Source: a bacterium (lineage in GTDB: Bacteria; Patescibacteriota; Minisyncoccia; Phycocordibacterales; UBA5272). From it: a stretch of DNA of 29,130 nt. The position numbers and the translations under genes are program-made. Below, one piece after another: positions 7,637 through 17,655 of this stretch. Below the pieces are notes generated by a model, which was given only the letters and a program-made list of their open reading frames with translations, was not told where the DNA came from and searched no databases. Within the stretch, counting starts at the first letter, position 1; each line of letters opens with the position of its first letter. The stretch covers positions 1-29,130 of the forward strand of contig JAYVSD010000068.1 in assembly GCA_043775745.1 (NCBI GenBank), in the 5' to 3' direction.

Positions 7637-9772
7637 CTATTTTTTATTAGCTTTATTCCAGATGTCTGTGAGTTGAGATCGGTTTGGCAATTTCACTCCA
7701 TAGTCTATAACTTGGTCATGTCCAAAAAATCGTTGAAGATATTGCGAACTTTGGTAGTCTTTCATCTTAATCACAGCACCATCATGCCCCATATCTAGTA
7801 CTTTTTGTTTTACATCTTCTATTATTGCCTTTTGTTTAACTGGGTTAGCATCATAAAGTGATGTTCTATTTGTAAGGTTTCTTAATTCTTGGTCTGTTGT
7901 AATGTATAATGGATTTTCTAATTTAACATTGTGTTCTGTGATATTTTTTCCATACCTACTGGCTTGACTTAAATCTGCATAGTATTTCCCCTCACCGAGA
8001 GCATTTCCTGCTTCTGGTCTTGATAATTGTAACCCCCCATTACCTTCTCCACGGTACATTGTTTTTTCAAATGGTATTCTTTGTGCTTTTATAAATTCCT
8101 CTGCACTCTTATATTTTTTAGCTTCATCTATTAAGTTTTTTTTTGATAAATCCTCACTAACTGCACCTAAATTAACTGAACCCTTCATTTTTTTTGTGTT
8201 ACTAACAATATCTTTTACATATCCATTAACATCGTACACACCATTATCTGCATTTAAAATTCCTCCTAGTGTTTTTTCACCAGCTTTACCAATAAATTCA
8301 ATACCCTTACCTGTCCTATAAAGTACTTGCCCTGCTATAGTTGCAATAGGAGTAACTGCTTGAGAATATATTTCTTGTACAAATGACCCCGCCCCACCTT
8401 TTAATTTAGACCCTGTCATCGCTGACTGCCCTAGTTTCTTTAAGTTTACAAGGTTCCCATAATCTATGTATGCTTGCCTAGATCCTTCTCCTAGAGAGTC
8501 ATATATTGTGGATCTTGCCTTGCTTGATAATAATGCTCTAACTTGTTGTAAAGCACCAGATACATCCTCCCCTTTATAAAATTTCTGTGGGACAAATTCT
8601 GCCCACCCTTCTTTTAATTTTTGTAATTTAGGCATAGTAACATTGATTATATCTTTATAATCTGTCTTAACTGCATCTAACGCTTCTAATAGACTTTTTT
8701 GCCTAGTCAATTCTGGTGTGCTTTTTATCAATTCATCTTCTATATTCTTAAAGAAGTCTTTGATATTTAATACACTATTACTTGATTGTAATCTTGGCTC
8801 TATTGCATCTTTCCATAGAGTAGACGCAGCCCTATTGGCTTGCACCCCTATCTGTGCTTTTGTACCAAATAGCCCTGGTAAAGTTTGTCCTGCTTTTGTA
8901 TCTATAGCTGTTTTTGATGTTGTCCTTGGTGTTTTACTGGTATCAGTTAGTATATTTGATATTCTCTCTATAAAAGTATTTATTGCTTGATAATTTTGTA
9001 ACACTTGAGCTTCTCTAGCACTCATCGGTATTGCTAAATCAACTAGCTTCTCACCAGCTTTCTTTACAAGCCTGCCTACTGGAGCTATGACAGGCAGTGC
9101 CGCCCCAATTGCTGTCCCTACACCTGGTGTAGCTTGATTCTCTGCGTTAGTACTTGCGTTATATGCTGTGTCGCCTAAATACCCTGCTGCTGCACCTCCT
9201 GCTACTTTTGAGGCTAGATTAGTTACACCCTCACTTGCTTTCAATGTCTTGGCTATTGTGCCACCCACTTTACCTGCTGTATTTATTAGACTAGTACCTC
9301 CTGTAGCTGGTATTGCTGCGATATTACCACCTATTATTCCTGCTGTGTATAATGCACTATTTTGATCCGCCCCCATAGTGTCTGCTAGTTGTGATTGTAA
9401 AGGCTTTGCCTGTGCTAAATTATCTAGCATTTGCTGTTTACTTATACCAGAGCTTTTAAATATAGCATTATTCTCATCTAGATTTTCTATAGCTTTTCTG
9501 CCTAGATAGTCTATTGCTGATAAAGCTATACCACCCACTCCATTTGCTACTCCTCCTGCTATATCTTTTGCACCTTGTGCTGTGACATCTACCACTGATT
9601 GAACATTGCTTTTTATTTGATTGGTTGGTGTATTCTCTACGTTAGAAAAGGCATCATTAAATAATTTTGACCTGTCTTGTGATCCTTTATCTGTAACCTC
9701 AGTCTCTGGTACAACTAATGACTGTTGATTATAATTGTATTTTTGTTTTATTTGTTCTAATTGATTATTCAT
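7637..9772 (-). CDS. Ejection or internal virion protein with C-terminal ADP-ribosyltransferase-like domain
   Basis: 711 aa. Gly/Ala-rich amphipathic mid-section typical of podoviral DNA-transfer proteins. The last ~165 aa contain MYRG...GEGKYY...A..YG...LENPLY...GHDG..I, resembling the ART-PolyVal type of domain. Confidence 0.6.
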   Translation of the reverse strand: MNNQLEQIKQKYNYNQQSLVVPETEVTDKGSQDRSKLFNDAFSNVENTPTNQIKSNVQSVVDVTAQGAKDIAGGVANGVGGIALSAIDYLGRKAIENLDENNAIFKSSGISKQQMLDNLAQAKPLQSQLADTMGADQNSALYTAGIIGGNIAAIPATGGTSLINTAGKVGGTIAKTLKASEGVTNLASKVAGGAAAGYLGDTAYNASTNAENQATPGVGTAIGAALPVIAPVGRLVKKAGEKLVDLAIPMSAREAQVLQNYQAINTFIERISNILTDTSKTPRTTSKTAIDTKAGQTLPGLFGTKAQIGVQANRAASTLWKDAIEPRLQSSNSVLNIKDFFKNIEDELIKSTPELTRQKSLLEALDAVKTDYKDIINVTMPKLQKLKEGWAEFVPQKFYKGEDVSGALQQVRALLSSKARSTIYDSLGEGSRQAYIDYGNLVNLKKLGQSAMTGSKLKGGAGSFVQEIYSQAVTPIATIAGQVLYRTGKGIEFIGKAGEKTLGGILNADNGVYDVNGYVKDIVSNTKKMKGSVNLGAVSEDLSKKNLIDEAKKYKSAEEFIKAQRIPFEKTMYRGEGNGGLQLSRPEAGNALGEGKYYADLSQASRYGKNITEHNVKLENPLYITTDQELRNLTNRTSLYDANPVKQKAIIEDVKQKVLDMGHDGAVIKMKDYQSSQYLQRFFGHDQVIDYGVKLPNRSQLTDIWNKANKK

Positions 9773-9776
9773 ATAA

Positions 9777-11360
9777 TTATTCTACTCCTAAAGCACTTAA
9801 TATTTCGCTACTTTTAGCACCTGTAGCTACCATTTCTTTTATCATTGCCTGTGCTCTTGGATTAGCTTTTCCATAAGAAATGACTCTATTATCATTTATA
9901 CCTGTATTATCATTTAAAGAATTTATTTTATTAGTTAATTGTTGATATAGTGGTACAAAGCCTGATACGTCTAACTTTGAAGCGGCAGCTACATCTAACC
10001 TAGACTTTACTCCGTTACGTAATGCAGTTAATGTTAAAGCCGTGACTGCATCATTTTGTTTTTGTGGGGATGTTAGATTTGGTAATGTCTGCGTGTATCT
10101 GGCTGTGTCTAAGTCAGTTAGCACTCCTACCTCTCCATATATACCTTTAGCCACTTGAGGGACTAGTGCTGTTATCTGTGCATTTATTGTGCCTGCGTCT
10201 GCGTTCTGCCCTATGCTAGCCATCAATGTTTTTACTTTACCACCGAAAAAGCCTGTTTGGTCCTTTTTTAGGTTTTCTTGTAAAGCTCCTATTTGGTCTA
10301 CTACTGCAAAGGATTTTGATATTGCTGATCTTTCTTCTGCCACTAGTGAAGCTTTGTTTACTGCACTATTTGTCCATGTAGACAAAGAGCTAGCGGTTGT
10401 ACCTAGTGGAGCGTTATTAGCTAGTGGTGTACTGGTAGATTTTATTTCTTGAATAACTTTCCTATACTCTGCATTTATTTTGTTTATTTGAGCGTTATTT
10501 TCTGCTATTTGGCTCTTCTTTAAGACATTTGATAGATAATCACCTGAATACACTCCTAGTATTTGTGCTGCCTCCGTGGGAGTTTTAGCTTTACTTGCTT
10601 TCTGCACAAGTGAGGATGGAGCCCCTTGTGAAGAAGCGTTTACTATCATAGTACTAACTTTTGTCTCGTCATCTTTTTGTTGGTCTATCATCTTTTGCTC
10701 TTGTTGATACTTCATCTGTAAAGCTTGTTTAGCTTTATCTTGAGCTGGTGATAAACTATATTTATCTAACGATGATAACTGTGTCATTTTACTATTCAAA
10801 TCTGCCTCTATTTGGCTATACTTTACTGCTATTTGCTGGTCTGCTAGATTTTTAGCTTTATTATAATTACCTTCTGCAACTGCCGCTTGTTGACCTAGTG
10901 CCAATGACTTGATAGCATTTAATCTTAAAGCCCCTGCCTCTTGTGGAGCTACACCTCTATCTGTAGCTCCTGTGCCTGCAGCATTTTGCTGCACTTGTAA
11001 TGGTATAGCACTAGCTTCATTCCTTAATCCTGTTAATTGAGCATTGATATCTTGTAATTGATTAAAAGATTGGTTTACTCCTGTATTATTATAAGTATTT
11101 AATGTATCCTGTGCTTTACCTCCTAGTTGAGATTGTAGTATTGATATATCATTAGTGCTTTGTTTAGATTGTGCTAGTTTTGCATCTGCCTCTTTTTGAG
11201 CATTCTGTGAGTCTACTAGAGCCTGAGAATACAAAGCATTCTGGTTTATAGCAGTTGTATATGTACTATTAGAGACATTCACTGGTCTGGGTATATTATA
11301 TAGCTGAGCTGATCCTAATTTTGAAGCGTCTACTACTGGAGATACATTACTATTTTGCAT
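9777..11360 (-). CDS. Ejection or internal virion (DNA transfer) protein
   Basis: 527 aa, Q/A/S-rich coiled coil with a C-terminal GEVGVLTDLDTARYTQTLP segment; located between the nozzle and fibre genes. Confidence 0.6.
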   Translation of the reverse strand: MQNSNVSPVVDASKLGSAQLYNIPRPVNVSNSTYTTAINQNALYSQALVDSQNAQKEADAKLAQSKQSTNDISILQSQLGGKAQDTLNTYNNTGVNQSFNQLQDINAQLTGLRNEASAIPLQVQQNAAGTGATDRGVAPQEAGALRLNAIKSLALGQQAAVAEGNYNKAKNLADQQIAVKYSQIEADLNSKMTQLSSLDKYSLSPAQDKAKQALQMKYQQEQKMIDQQKDDETKVSTMIVNASSQGAPSSLVQKASKAKTPTEAAQILGVYSGDYLSNVLKKSQIAENNAQINKINAEYRKVIQEIKSTSTPLANNAPLGTTASSLSTWTNSAVNKASLVAEERSAISKSFAVVDQIGALQENLKKDQTGFFGGKVKTLMASIGQNADAGTINAQITALVPQVAKGIYGEVGVLTDLDTARYTQTLPNLTSPQKQNDAVTALTLTALRNGVKSRLDVAAASKLDVSGFVPLYQQLTNKINSLNDNTGINDNRVISYGKANPRAQAMIKEMVATGAKSSEILSALGVE

Positions 11361-11366
11361 ATATGT

Positions 11367-11383
11367 AGTATATATATGGTCGG
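11367..11383 (-). promoter_or_regulatory. CCGACC/-10 late promoter motif, leaderless
   Basis: CCGACC-ATATA-TATACT-ACATAT-ATG(11360). Confidence 0.7.
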
Positions 11384-11387
11384 TAAT

Positions 11388-11636
11388 CTATGGAGCTATA
11401 ATACCGTAAGCCTTTAAAGCTGTTAGTAGTGTGGCTAGATCTGTGGCTGTTTGTTGTTGTACTGGCTCCTTTGTAAAAAATCCTATAGCTCCTTTTGTTT
11501 GAAAGTTTCTATAAAGTACCATTTTATTCGGGAAATTTTCTTTATTATATAAATTTATAATAACTTGAGTTTGTTGATACAAATCTTCAACTTTTTTACT
11601 TAATTCATATAGTTGCTGTTTTTCTTGTGGTGTCAT
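11388..11636 (-). CDS. Small tail-associated protein (start probably 11636 rather than 11666)
   Basis: N-terminal coiled coil and C-terminal IGFFTKEPVQQQ...LLTALKAYGII. The ATG at 11636 sits 1 nt after the upstream stop. Confidence 0.55.
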   Translation of the reverse strand: MTPQEKQQLYELSKKVEDLYQQTQVIINLYNKENFPNKMVLYRNFQTKGAIGFFTKEPVQQQTATDLATLLTALKAYGIIAP

Positions 11637-11637
11637 A

Positions 11638-13149
11638 TTAGTTTTCTGAAATTGTATCATACTCATATTGTATCTCTTCTATTTCTACATTATTTACAGC
11701 GTCTATTTGGAATGTAAAATATCTACCTACCTTAATGTTGCCACCCGTAGTATCTGAGTATACGTTTATTATGTTTTGACCAGATACATTTGTGTTTACA
11801 GACAAGACCACATCGGTGCTACCGTCGACGCTATACGAAAGTGTTGTAGTATTACCACTTGCATTATAACACTTATATATTACTTTGACTGATTTGACCA
11901 CTTTAAGGTCTGACCTATCTGCTATATTCATACCCATATTTTGAGATGTCCTATACACTGCATTATTATACCTAGCGATTGATGTGGTTACATCAGAGGC
12001 AGTTAGTATAAAAGACCCTCCAGTAGTTCTAAAAGCTATGTAGCAAATATCATTTACAAAACTTATATTTGATACAGAAGATATAGCATTGGCTACCGCA
12101 CCAATTGATCCGTCATATATCATATTCATGGTAGATATTGTATACTGCCCTGTACTATTTTTACCTACGGAGTGCAAAGCTGGATACCCGCCACAACCAA
12201 AATATAATCTATCTCTATATTTGGCTTTAGCTAATGTTGGGTTTGTTACATACGCAGAAGGTACTAATATGGATTTTATACTATCTAAATAGTCCCCCCC
12301 TCTATAAACTTTTATATCTATATATTTGTCTACTATAAAAGAACTATTTTCTGGCACAAAAACTAATACCAATTCGCCATTAAGATTTTCTATACATGTT
12401 ATTGCTCTTGTACCGCAATTTATTGACGCCTGTAATGTTGTTATAGACGTATCTCTCCCCCATAGTAATAACAAAGACTGTTGCCCCGCAAGTAAAGGGT
12501 TCATTGCAATAGCTAGATATCCACCAAAATTTGTTACAGATACTACTTTATACCCTGTCGGTAGTATACCCGTATGGCTTGAAAATGTTGTGGTGGCTAA
12601 ATTATATTTTGCTATAGTAGTACCAATACACATGTACAGTATTTTATCATCGGGGTGTATAAAGGGTCTAGGGTGGTAGGTATATGTAGATGTATCCGTA
12701 AAGCTTCCTACCACAGTTGTAACCCCCGCAGCCGTAAATGATTCAAGTCTGTATGTTGTAGGGGCTGCACCCGTAGCCGTCATTGCATAGGCAACTCCTC
12801 CATATTCAATATATGTACCCCCCGCAATGTTATAAGCACTTAAAGCTTGCTGTGAAGTAAAACTGCCATTTACTGATGTAGAAGCTCTCGTGTAAAAAGC
12901 TAGCCTAGCACTAACTGTAGTATTTTCACCCACGCCTACTAAATAGTCCGTGCCTGCAATTGTAGTTAATCCAACGTCATACATAGGGACACTATTTGTT
13001 GTCTCTTGTATTTGACTATATAATTTAATCAGTTTATCTTTTGATTTAAAAATATCAAAACCATAAGATAATTCACACTCATTTGTTGCTTTTGTAAGTA
13101 TATCTTCTGCATTTCCTCCATCAAATCTATTTATTATTACTTTTGCCAT
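11638..13149 (-). CDS. Tail nozzle or stabilisation protein (P22 gp10 / tail tubular B-like)
   Basis: 503 aa starting VIINRFDGG, with beta-propeller-like repeats (YGGVAY, FGGYLAIA, YRDRLYFG); position after the adaptor. Confidence 0.65.
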   Translation of the reverse strand: MAKVIINRFDGGNAEDILTKATNECELSYGFDIFKSKDKLIKLYSQIQETTNSVPMYDVGLTTIAGTDYLVGVGENTTVSARLAFYTRASTSVNGSFTSQQALSAYNIAGGTYIEYGGVAYAMTATGAAPTTYRLESFTAAGVTTVVGSFTDTSTYTYHPRPFIHPDDKILYMCIGTTIAKYNLATTTFSSHTGILPTGYKVVSVTNFGGYLAIAMNPLLAGQQSLLLLWGRDTSITTLQASINCGTRAITCIENLNGELVLVFVPENSSFIVDKYIDIKVYRGGDYLDSIKSILVPSAYVTNPTLAKAKYRDRLYFGCGGYPALHSVGKNSTGQYTISTMNMIYDGSIGAVANAISSVSNISFVNDICYIAFRTTGGSFILTASDVTTSIARYNNAVYRTSQNMGMNIADRSDLKVVKSVKVIYKCYNASGNTTTLSYSVDGSTDVVLSVNTNVSGQNIINVYSDTTGGNIKVGRYFTFQIDAVNNVEIEEIQYEYDTISEN

Positions 13150-13153
13150 ATAT

Positions 13154-13939
13154 TTAATGTTTAATTTTATTGGTTATATTAATAATAGCATTTTTTGCCC
13201 TATTTGTTATATTTGTAGCTGCTGTTTTTGTTTTTGGTGACCATACTGTCCTCCCCACCGCTATAATATTTACCACTACTCCAGATAAAATATACGCGGC
13301 AGTATCCATTGTCATTATTATTACTGGGGATATTACTACTACTATACCAGTCCAGTTGGTAGAGCTTGCTAACGACCAGTTTTGAGCCTGTGACGAGGGT
13401 GTTACCACTGGTCCACCAGTATCACCTATTGCTAGCACATTTGAGAACCTTGATGTAGTATTTGATCCTGCTATTCCTACACCTAAATTATTGGTAAAGG
13501 CTGAGACTACCCATGAGTTGGCGGATAGTGTAGTCACTGATACTGATAAATTGTTAGCTACAGTTGTTGATCCTGTATTATTTGCTGGTGGTGTTGTCTG
13601 GTTTACACCCGAGTATACTGCCCATATCATATTTGGGGAGCTAGCGGATGCATACGTATCTGCTACGGTTACATTTCCTGTTGCTGGTGCTATTCTGTAC
13701 CACAAAGATTGTGTATTTGCTCTAGTTGTTTGATTGACTGTAGCTATTTTTGTCATAGCCTGACCACCCCATGTGACTGAAGTCGGGTCGGTCGAAAGTC
13801 CTGGGCTATCGTATAAAACAAAAGCAATACCATTTGTAACGCTACTAACAGAGGCTAGACCATTTGCATTAAAGCTATGGGTGGTGTTACTCCCCCCTGA
13901 CGATGACCCTGTGGTCGCTTGTGAAAATGCTATTGCCAT
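13154..13939 (-). CDS. Ser/Thr-rich beta-sandwich virion protein
   Basis: 261 aa, low-charge S/T/A/V-rich sequence within the tail gene block. Confidence 0.55.
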   Translation of the reverse strand: MAIAFSQATTGSSSGGSNTTHSFNANGLASVSSVTNGIAFVLYDSPGLSTDPTSVTWGGQAMTKIATVNQTTRANTQSLWYRIAPATGNVTVADTYASASSPNMIWAVYSGVNQTTPPANNTGSTTVANNLSVSVTTLSANSWVVSAFTNNLGVGIAGSNTTSRFSNVLAIGDTGGPVVTPSSQAQNWSLASSTNWTGIVVVISPVIIMTMDTAAYILSGVVVNIIAVGRTVWSPKTKTAATNITNRAKNAIINITNKIKH

Positions 13940-13940
13940 A

Positions 13941-14348
13941 TTATGTTAATGTTAGTACACCATTGGTGCCGTCAAAATCAAGCAATACTGTGTCTCCAGA
14001 CACTAATGTTATATTACTTGCGTAATCATACCATCCTATAAGCTCTTTGTTTGTTGCTGTATCATTATATAATACGACATATCTAAACGGACCCACGGCT
14101 CCAGTTGCCGTTAGTGTTAGGTCGGATACTATCAATATGTATACTCCAGATGTCTGTATTGATGACGTTGTAGTTAATACTCTAGCTGAACAGTTTGTAT
14201 AGGATATTTCTGTGATATTAGCCAATACTGTATTTGTATTTACTGGAGCTGAATTAGTCAAAGCTATTTTTAAACTATCTGCACCTAAATTATGCACTTT
14301 TTCTGCTAAAGCTTCTGTGAATGAATTAAATTTATTAAATGTTGCCAT
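13941..14348 (-). CDS. Conserved phage virion structural protein
   Basis: MATFNKFNSF.E.LAEKVHNL..D.LKIALTN and GPFRYVVLYNDT...LIGWYDY resemble a widespread ~135-aa phage structural family. Confidence 0.65.
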   Translation of the reverse strand: MATFNKFNSFTEALAEKVHNLGADSLKIALTNSAPVNTNTVLANITEISYTNCSARVLTTTSSIQTSGVYILIVSDLTLTATGAVGPFRYVVLYNDTATNKELIGWYDYASNITLVSGDTVLLDFDGTNGVLTLT

Positions 14349-14352
14349 GTGT

Positions 14353-15090
14353 TTATCTTGAGCTTCTAAAGGCTGGTGTCATCATTTTTACTTCGTCTTT
14401 TGCTCTGGTGCTATAATAACTCTTGATATTTTCTTCCATTGCTAGCATATCTACTTTTAAAGATGCTGTCTGTGGTAATCCTTTTCTTAAACAGAATTGA
14501 TATGCTGGTCTGAACGCTACATATTCATGGAATACATCGGGTATACCTGGCTTTTTAGTCGTATCTGTAGACAAAAAGTAAGATGCTGTCCTATTGATAT
14601 ATATTGTTAATCCGCTAGTGTAGTTGTAGCTAGGTTTTGGGTATAGTATTATATCATTGCCTATCTTATCATAGTATTTTGGTATCCCTGCTGTTTTTAA
14701 ATATTCACTTAATGCTATTCCGCTTACATCATACTGATCAATTGGTATTAACTCTGACGCATACCCTGTAGAGTCTTTACACTCTACCCTGTAAATATCT
14801 AGCACTTGATTTGGTGTACTGCTACCATCTGTAGTAAAGGAATAATCTGCTTGATTAGCTACCACGTTAGCGTCTATTATAGGTGAATTAGTATGATTAG
14901 TATCGTCTACCTGCCACCTACCCTCTGCACTTTGTGCTAGTACAAAATAGTAAGCCAGAGTATTATTGGCGTCTCTTGTTTTTGTTGCTAAAGGATAGCT
15001 AGATGTTGTAGCACTTTGTGTACCTGTTAAGTCCTCTATGAGCTGTATTACACCAGTTCTATTTGTTGTATCGCTAAATTGCATTGACAT
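14353..15090 (-). CDS. Head-tail adaptor protein
   Basis: GIPKYYDKIGNDIILYPKP and PGIPDVFHEYVAF match podoviral adaptor-like motifs; first structural gene after the GT block. Confidence 0.65.
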   Translation of the reverse strand: MSMQFSDTTNRTGVIQLIEDLTGTQSATTSSYPLATKTRDANNTLAYYFVLAQSAEGRWQVDDTNHTNSPIIDANVVANQADYSFTTDGSSTPNQVLDIYRVECKDSTGYASELIPIDQYDVSGIALSEYLKTAGIPKYYDKIGNDIILYPKPSYNYTSGLTIYINRTASYFLSTDTTKKPGIPDVFHEYVAFRPAYQFCLRKGLPQTASLKVDMLAMEENIKSYYSTRAKDEVKMMTPAFRSSR

Positions 15091-15096
15091 GCTTTT

Positions 15097-15112
15097 AGTA
15101 TACTATGGTCGG
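15097..15112 (-). promoter_or_regulatory. CCGACC/-10 late promoter motif, leaderless, overlapping the GT2 stop
   Basis: CCGACC-ATAG-TATACT-AAAAGC-ATG(15090). Confidence 0.7.
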
Positions 15113-15795
15113 TATTTAGTATTATACTTATTCACAATATAATTTTGTAATAGTTGGCTATTTGGGTTAGCTGTCTGTTCACTCATATTATTACCATGTC
15201 TCCTCCACAATAAAGCTATATAATCTCCTACTACTGACTTATACCCTTTACATAGGCATTCTAGCCAAAATAGCCTATCCTCCCATCCTTTACGCATAGT
15301 CTCTGACTCGTCAAATCCTCCTACATCTACCCATGCTTGCTTTGGAAATAAACTGTTAGAATATATAACATTTGTTTTTAACAGGATCTCTACTGTAGCT
15401 ACTCTTGGTCTTGCTGTGTAATTATCTTTACCAAAAGCCATGAGCCCTAGTGTGACTATACTGTTATTATCAATTAACTCTAGGTGCTTTTCTACCGCTT
15501 CTGGTCTTAATATATCATCAGCATCAAATGAAAAACAATACTGTGATGTACTTGCTTTTATACCTGTATTTCTTGCACCTGATAATCCTTTGTTTTTATC
15601 ATGTTTTATATATATTACTTTTGGGTATTTATCACATATAGCCTTTGGATTGTCTGTAGAGCAGTCGTCTACTACTATTACCTCATCTGGGACTCTAGTC
15701 TGTGTGAATACACTCTCTAATGCTTTGTCTAAATAGTGTGCATAGTTGTATACTGGCATTATACAAGCCACTGTCTTATAAGAATAATCCTGCAT
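15103..15795 (-). CDS. Glycosyltransferase family 2
   Basis: IMPVYNYAHYL..ALESV..Q...EVIVVDDCSTD, GLSGARNTGI, FDADD and GWED are canonical GT-A motifs. Confidence 0.92.
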   Translation of the reverse strand: MQDYSYKTVACIMPVYNYAHYLDKALESVFTQTRVPDEVIVVDDCSTDNPKAICDKYPKVIYIKHDKNKGLSGARNTGIKASTSQYCFSFDADDILRPEAVEKHLELIDNNSIVTLGLMAFGKDNYTARPRVATVEILLKTNVIYSNSLFPKQAWVDVGGFDESETMRKGWEDRLFWLECLCKGYKSVVGDYIALLWRRHGNNMSEQTANPNSQLLQNYIVNKYNTKYRP

Positions 15796-16504
15796 ATTTT
15801 TGTTTATTATCTAATAAATATTGTGGTAAGTCACTTTCATCTTTTCTCATGTCTATCTCTCTATTATTCCACACACCCCCATCTTCGTATATTGGGTGTT
15901 GAAAAGCTTTCTGCTTTCTCTTTTTACCACCTATAGCATTGAAGTGCCACCCACCATTGTCTAGTACATCATAGCTTGTCATACTATCTGTTCTTAAATG
16001 ATTGATAACACCACTTTTTATATGTTTATACCTGCAAGCTATAGTACCTGTCCACCCTAACCAATCTTCACTAGTCCTTTGATTAAAATAGTATAGATAA
16101 GGTAATTGTTTTGGCTTATATATTACATCTTCACTATATTGTAGTAATGGGTTCCATATCTCATCTACATCTGATATAAATATTAAGTCATCATCATCAC
16201 AATTTATAAGGGCTTCTCTTACACTTTCTTTCTGTGCCCACTCTCTCACCCAGTAATGCTCTCCGTTGCCTGTATTTGGACTTTTGAGGGCTTCCTTTAC
16301 CATTTCTGGTGTATCGTCCATTATAAAGTATTCGATGTTATAATTGGCATATTTTGACTTATCAAAAGTTAGTTTCTTTTTTACTCCACTAAAGGTCTTT
16401 TCTGCCTCACAGATTATAAACTTATCCACATATGGTGCAAGTATGTTTAATCTCACATCTAATACCTCGCTCTCTCCATTATAATAAAATAGGTCTATTA
16501 TCAT
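15776..16504 (-). CDS. Glycosyltransferase family 17 (MGAT3-like beta-1,4-GlcNAc transferase family)
   Basis: LDVRLNIL..YVDKFIICEAEKTFSG, DDLIFISDVDEI and GWHF are GT17 signatures. Confidence 0.85.
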   Translation of the reverse strand: MIIDLFYYNGESEVLDVRLNILAPYVDKFIICEAEKTFSGVKKKLTFDKSKYANYNIEYFIMDDTPEMVKEALKSPNTGNGEHYWVREWAQKESVREALINCDDDDLIFISDVDEIWNPLLQYSEDVIYKPKQLPYLYYFNQRTSEDWLGWTGTIACRYKHIKSGVINHLRTDSMTSYDVLDNGGWHFNAIGGKKRKQKAFQHPIYEDGGVWNNREIDMRKDESDLPQYLLDNKQKYAGLFL

Positions 16505-17094
16505 AGCGATAGAAATATATTACTATACGACTCTTTAATAATTTTATGTGGTAAATGCTTTTTTAAAAACTCTGCCCTATTTTCTTTTTGACTTAAAAGT
16601 TCATCATAGTGATGGAACTCTATATCTAAATATTTTATTTTCTTAATATTTATTGAGTTTTCAATGATGTTACCCTCTAACCCCTCTATATCTAGCTTAA
16701 GAAAATCTACTATCGGTAATTGTTCAAGTGTAATAGCTGTTACTTCTACCTCTCCTGGTAAAAAGACACTACCGCCCCCTACATTTTGCGGAAGTCTACC
16801 AAAAGTAACTTTATCTTTGCCATATATAAGTGCGTTGTAGTGCAATTCTATATTGTGATCTTGCAAATTTTCTTGTATATAGCCTATATTACTTTGCAAG
16901 GCTTCGATTATATAAGCTTTCTCTAATGTTGTATTTTCAAACATTATTTTTGTAACTTCTCCTGTACACGCACCTGCGTCTATCATTGTTTTAATATTGT
17001 TTTCCTTTAAAGTTTCCAAAACAAATGAGAAATAAGGATTGTTATACTCATTTCTTGTATATTCTTTGTGTTTTTCTAATGTTGAAGTGTCCAT
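16501..17094 (-). CDS. FkbM-family SAM-dependent methyltransferase
   Basis: IDAGACTG, EA...N, DFLKLDIEGLE and IEFH motifs. Confidence 0.85.
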   Translation of the reverse strand: MDTSTLEKHKEYTRNEYNNPYFSFVLETLKENNIKTMIDAGACTGEVTKIMFENTTLEKAYIIEALQSNIGYIQENLQDHNIELHYNALIYGKDKVTFGRLPQNVGGGSVFLPGEVEVTAITLEQLPIVDFLKLDIEGLEGNIIENSINIKKIKYLDIEFHHYDELLSQKENRAEFLKKHLPHKIIKESYSNIFLSL

Positions 17095-17651
17095 ATATGA
17101 TATAAGTTACGTTCTATTAAATAGGCCTCCCCTGGTGTTTCATGCCAGTCACAAGCATCTCTTAATTTGATATAAAATTCCTTTGGATGTTTTAATATAT
17201 TTGCTTTGGGGATTATGTAACATCCACCGGGTGCAAACTTATTATACAGCCTCTTTTCCATATCTAGCATCTTTTTTAGTTTCTCAGTACTATTAATATT
17301 TTTAGTTGGATGTTCTAGTAAGTACCAATAATCATTTAACTCACAATATACACCGTCCTCATACCAGCATATAGGCTCGTACACAGCATGATTTTGTGTT
17401 AGCAAAGGTGTAAATACTTTATTATTCTTTACTTTATCAAACTCTTCTTTGCTTATATGTCTTTCTAGCATGTTTGTTTTACCGAAAAGCATTATTTCTG
17501 GTAAATTCTCATAGTTATCAACAATATAACACATATAATCATATATATTCGATCCCACATTTTTATCTTTCTTATCATAGAATATAGCATTTTTTGTATA
17601 TTCTTCTACCCATTCTCTATTGTGATGATAGTCATTCATTATCCATTGCAT
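17076..17651 (-). CDS. DUF3431-like protein
   Basis: NVG....Y..YIVDNYENLPEIMLF, FAPGGCYII.K..I..HPKEFY..L and AYLIER..YHIW follow the DUF3431 pattern. Confidence 0.75.
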   Translation of the reverse strand: MQWIMNDYHHNREWVEEYTKNAIFYDKKDKNVGSNIYDYMCYIVDNYENLPEIMLFGKTNMLERHISKEEFDKVKNNKVFTPLLTQNHAVYEPICWYEDGVYCELNDYWYLLEHPTKNINSTEKLKKMLDMEKRLYNKFAPGGCYIIPKANILKHPKEFYIKLRDACDWHETPGEAYLIERNLYHIWTLQH

Positions 17652-17655
17652 ATAT

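Noticed and set aside
13786-14125. Two further CCGACC hexamers (13786-13791, 14120-14125)
   Set aside because: Mid-CDS and not followed by a -10 box or ATG.
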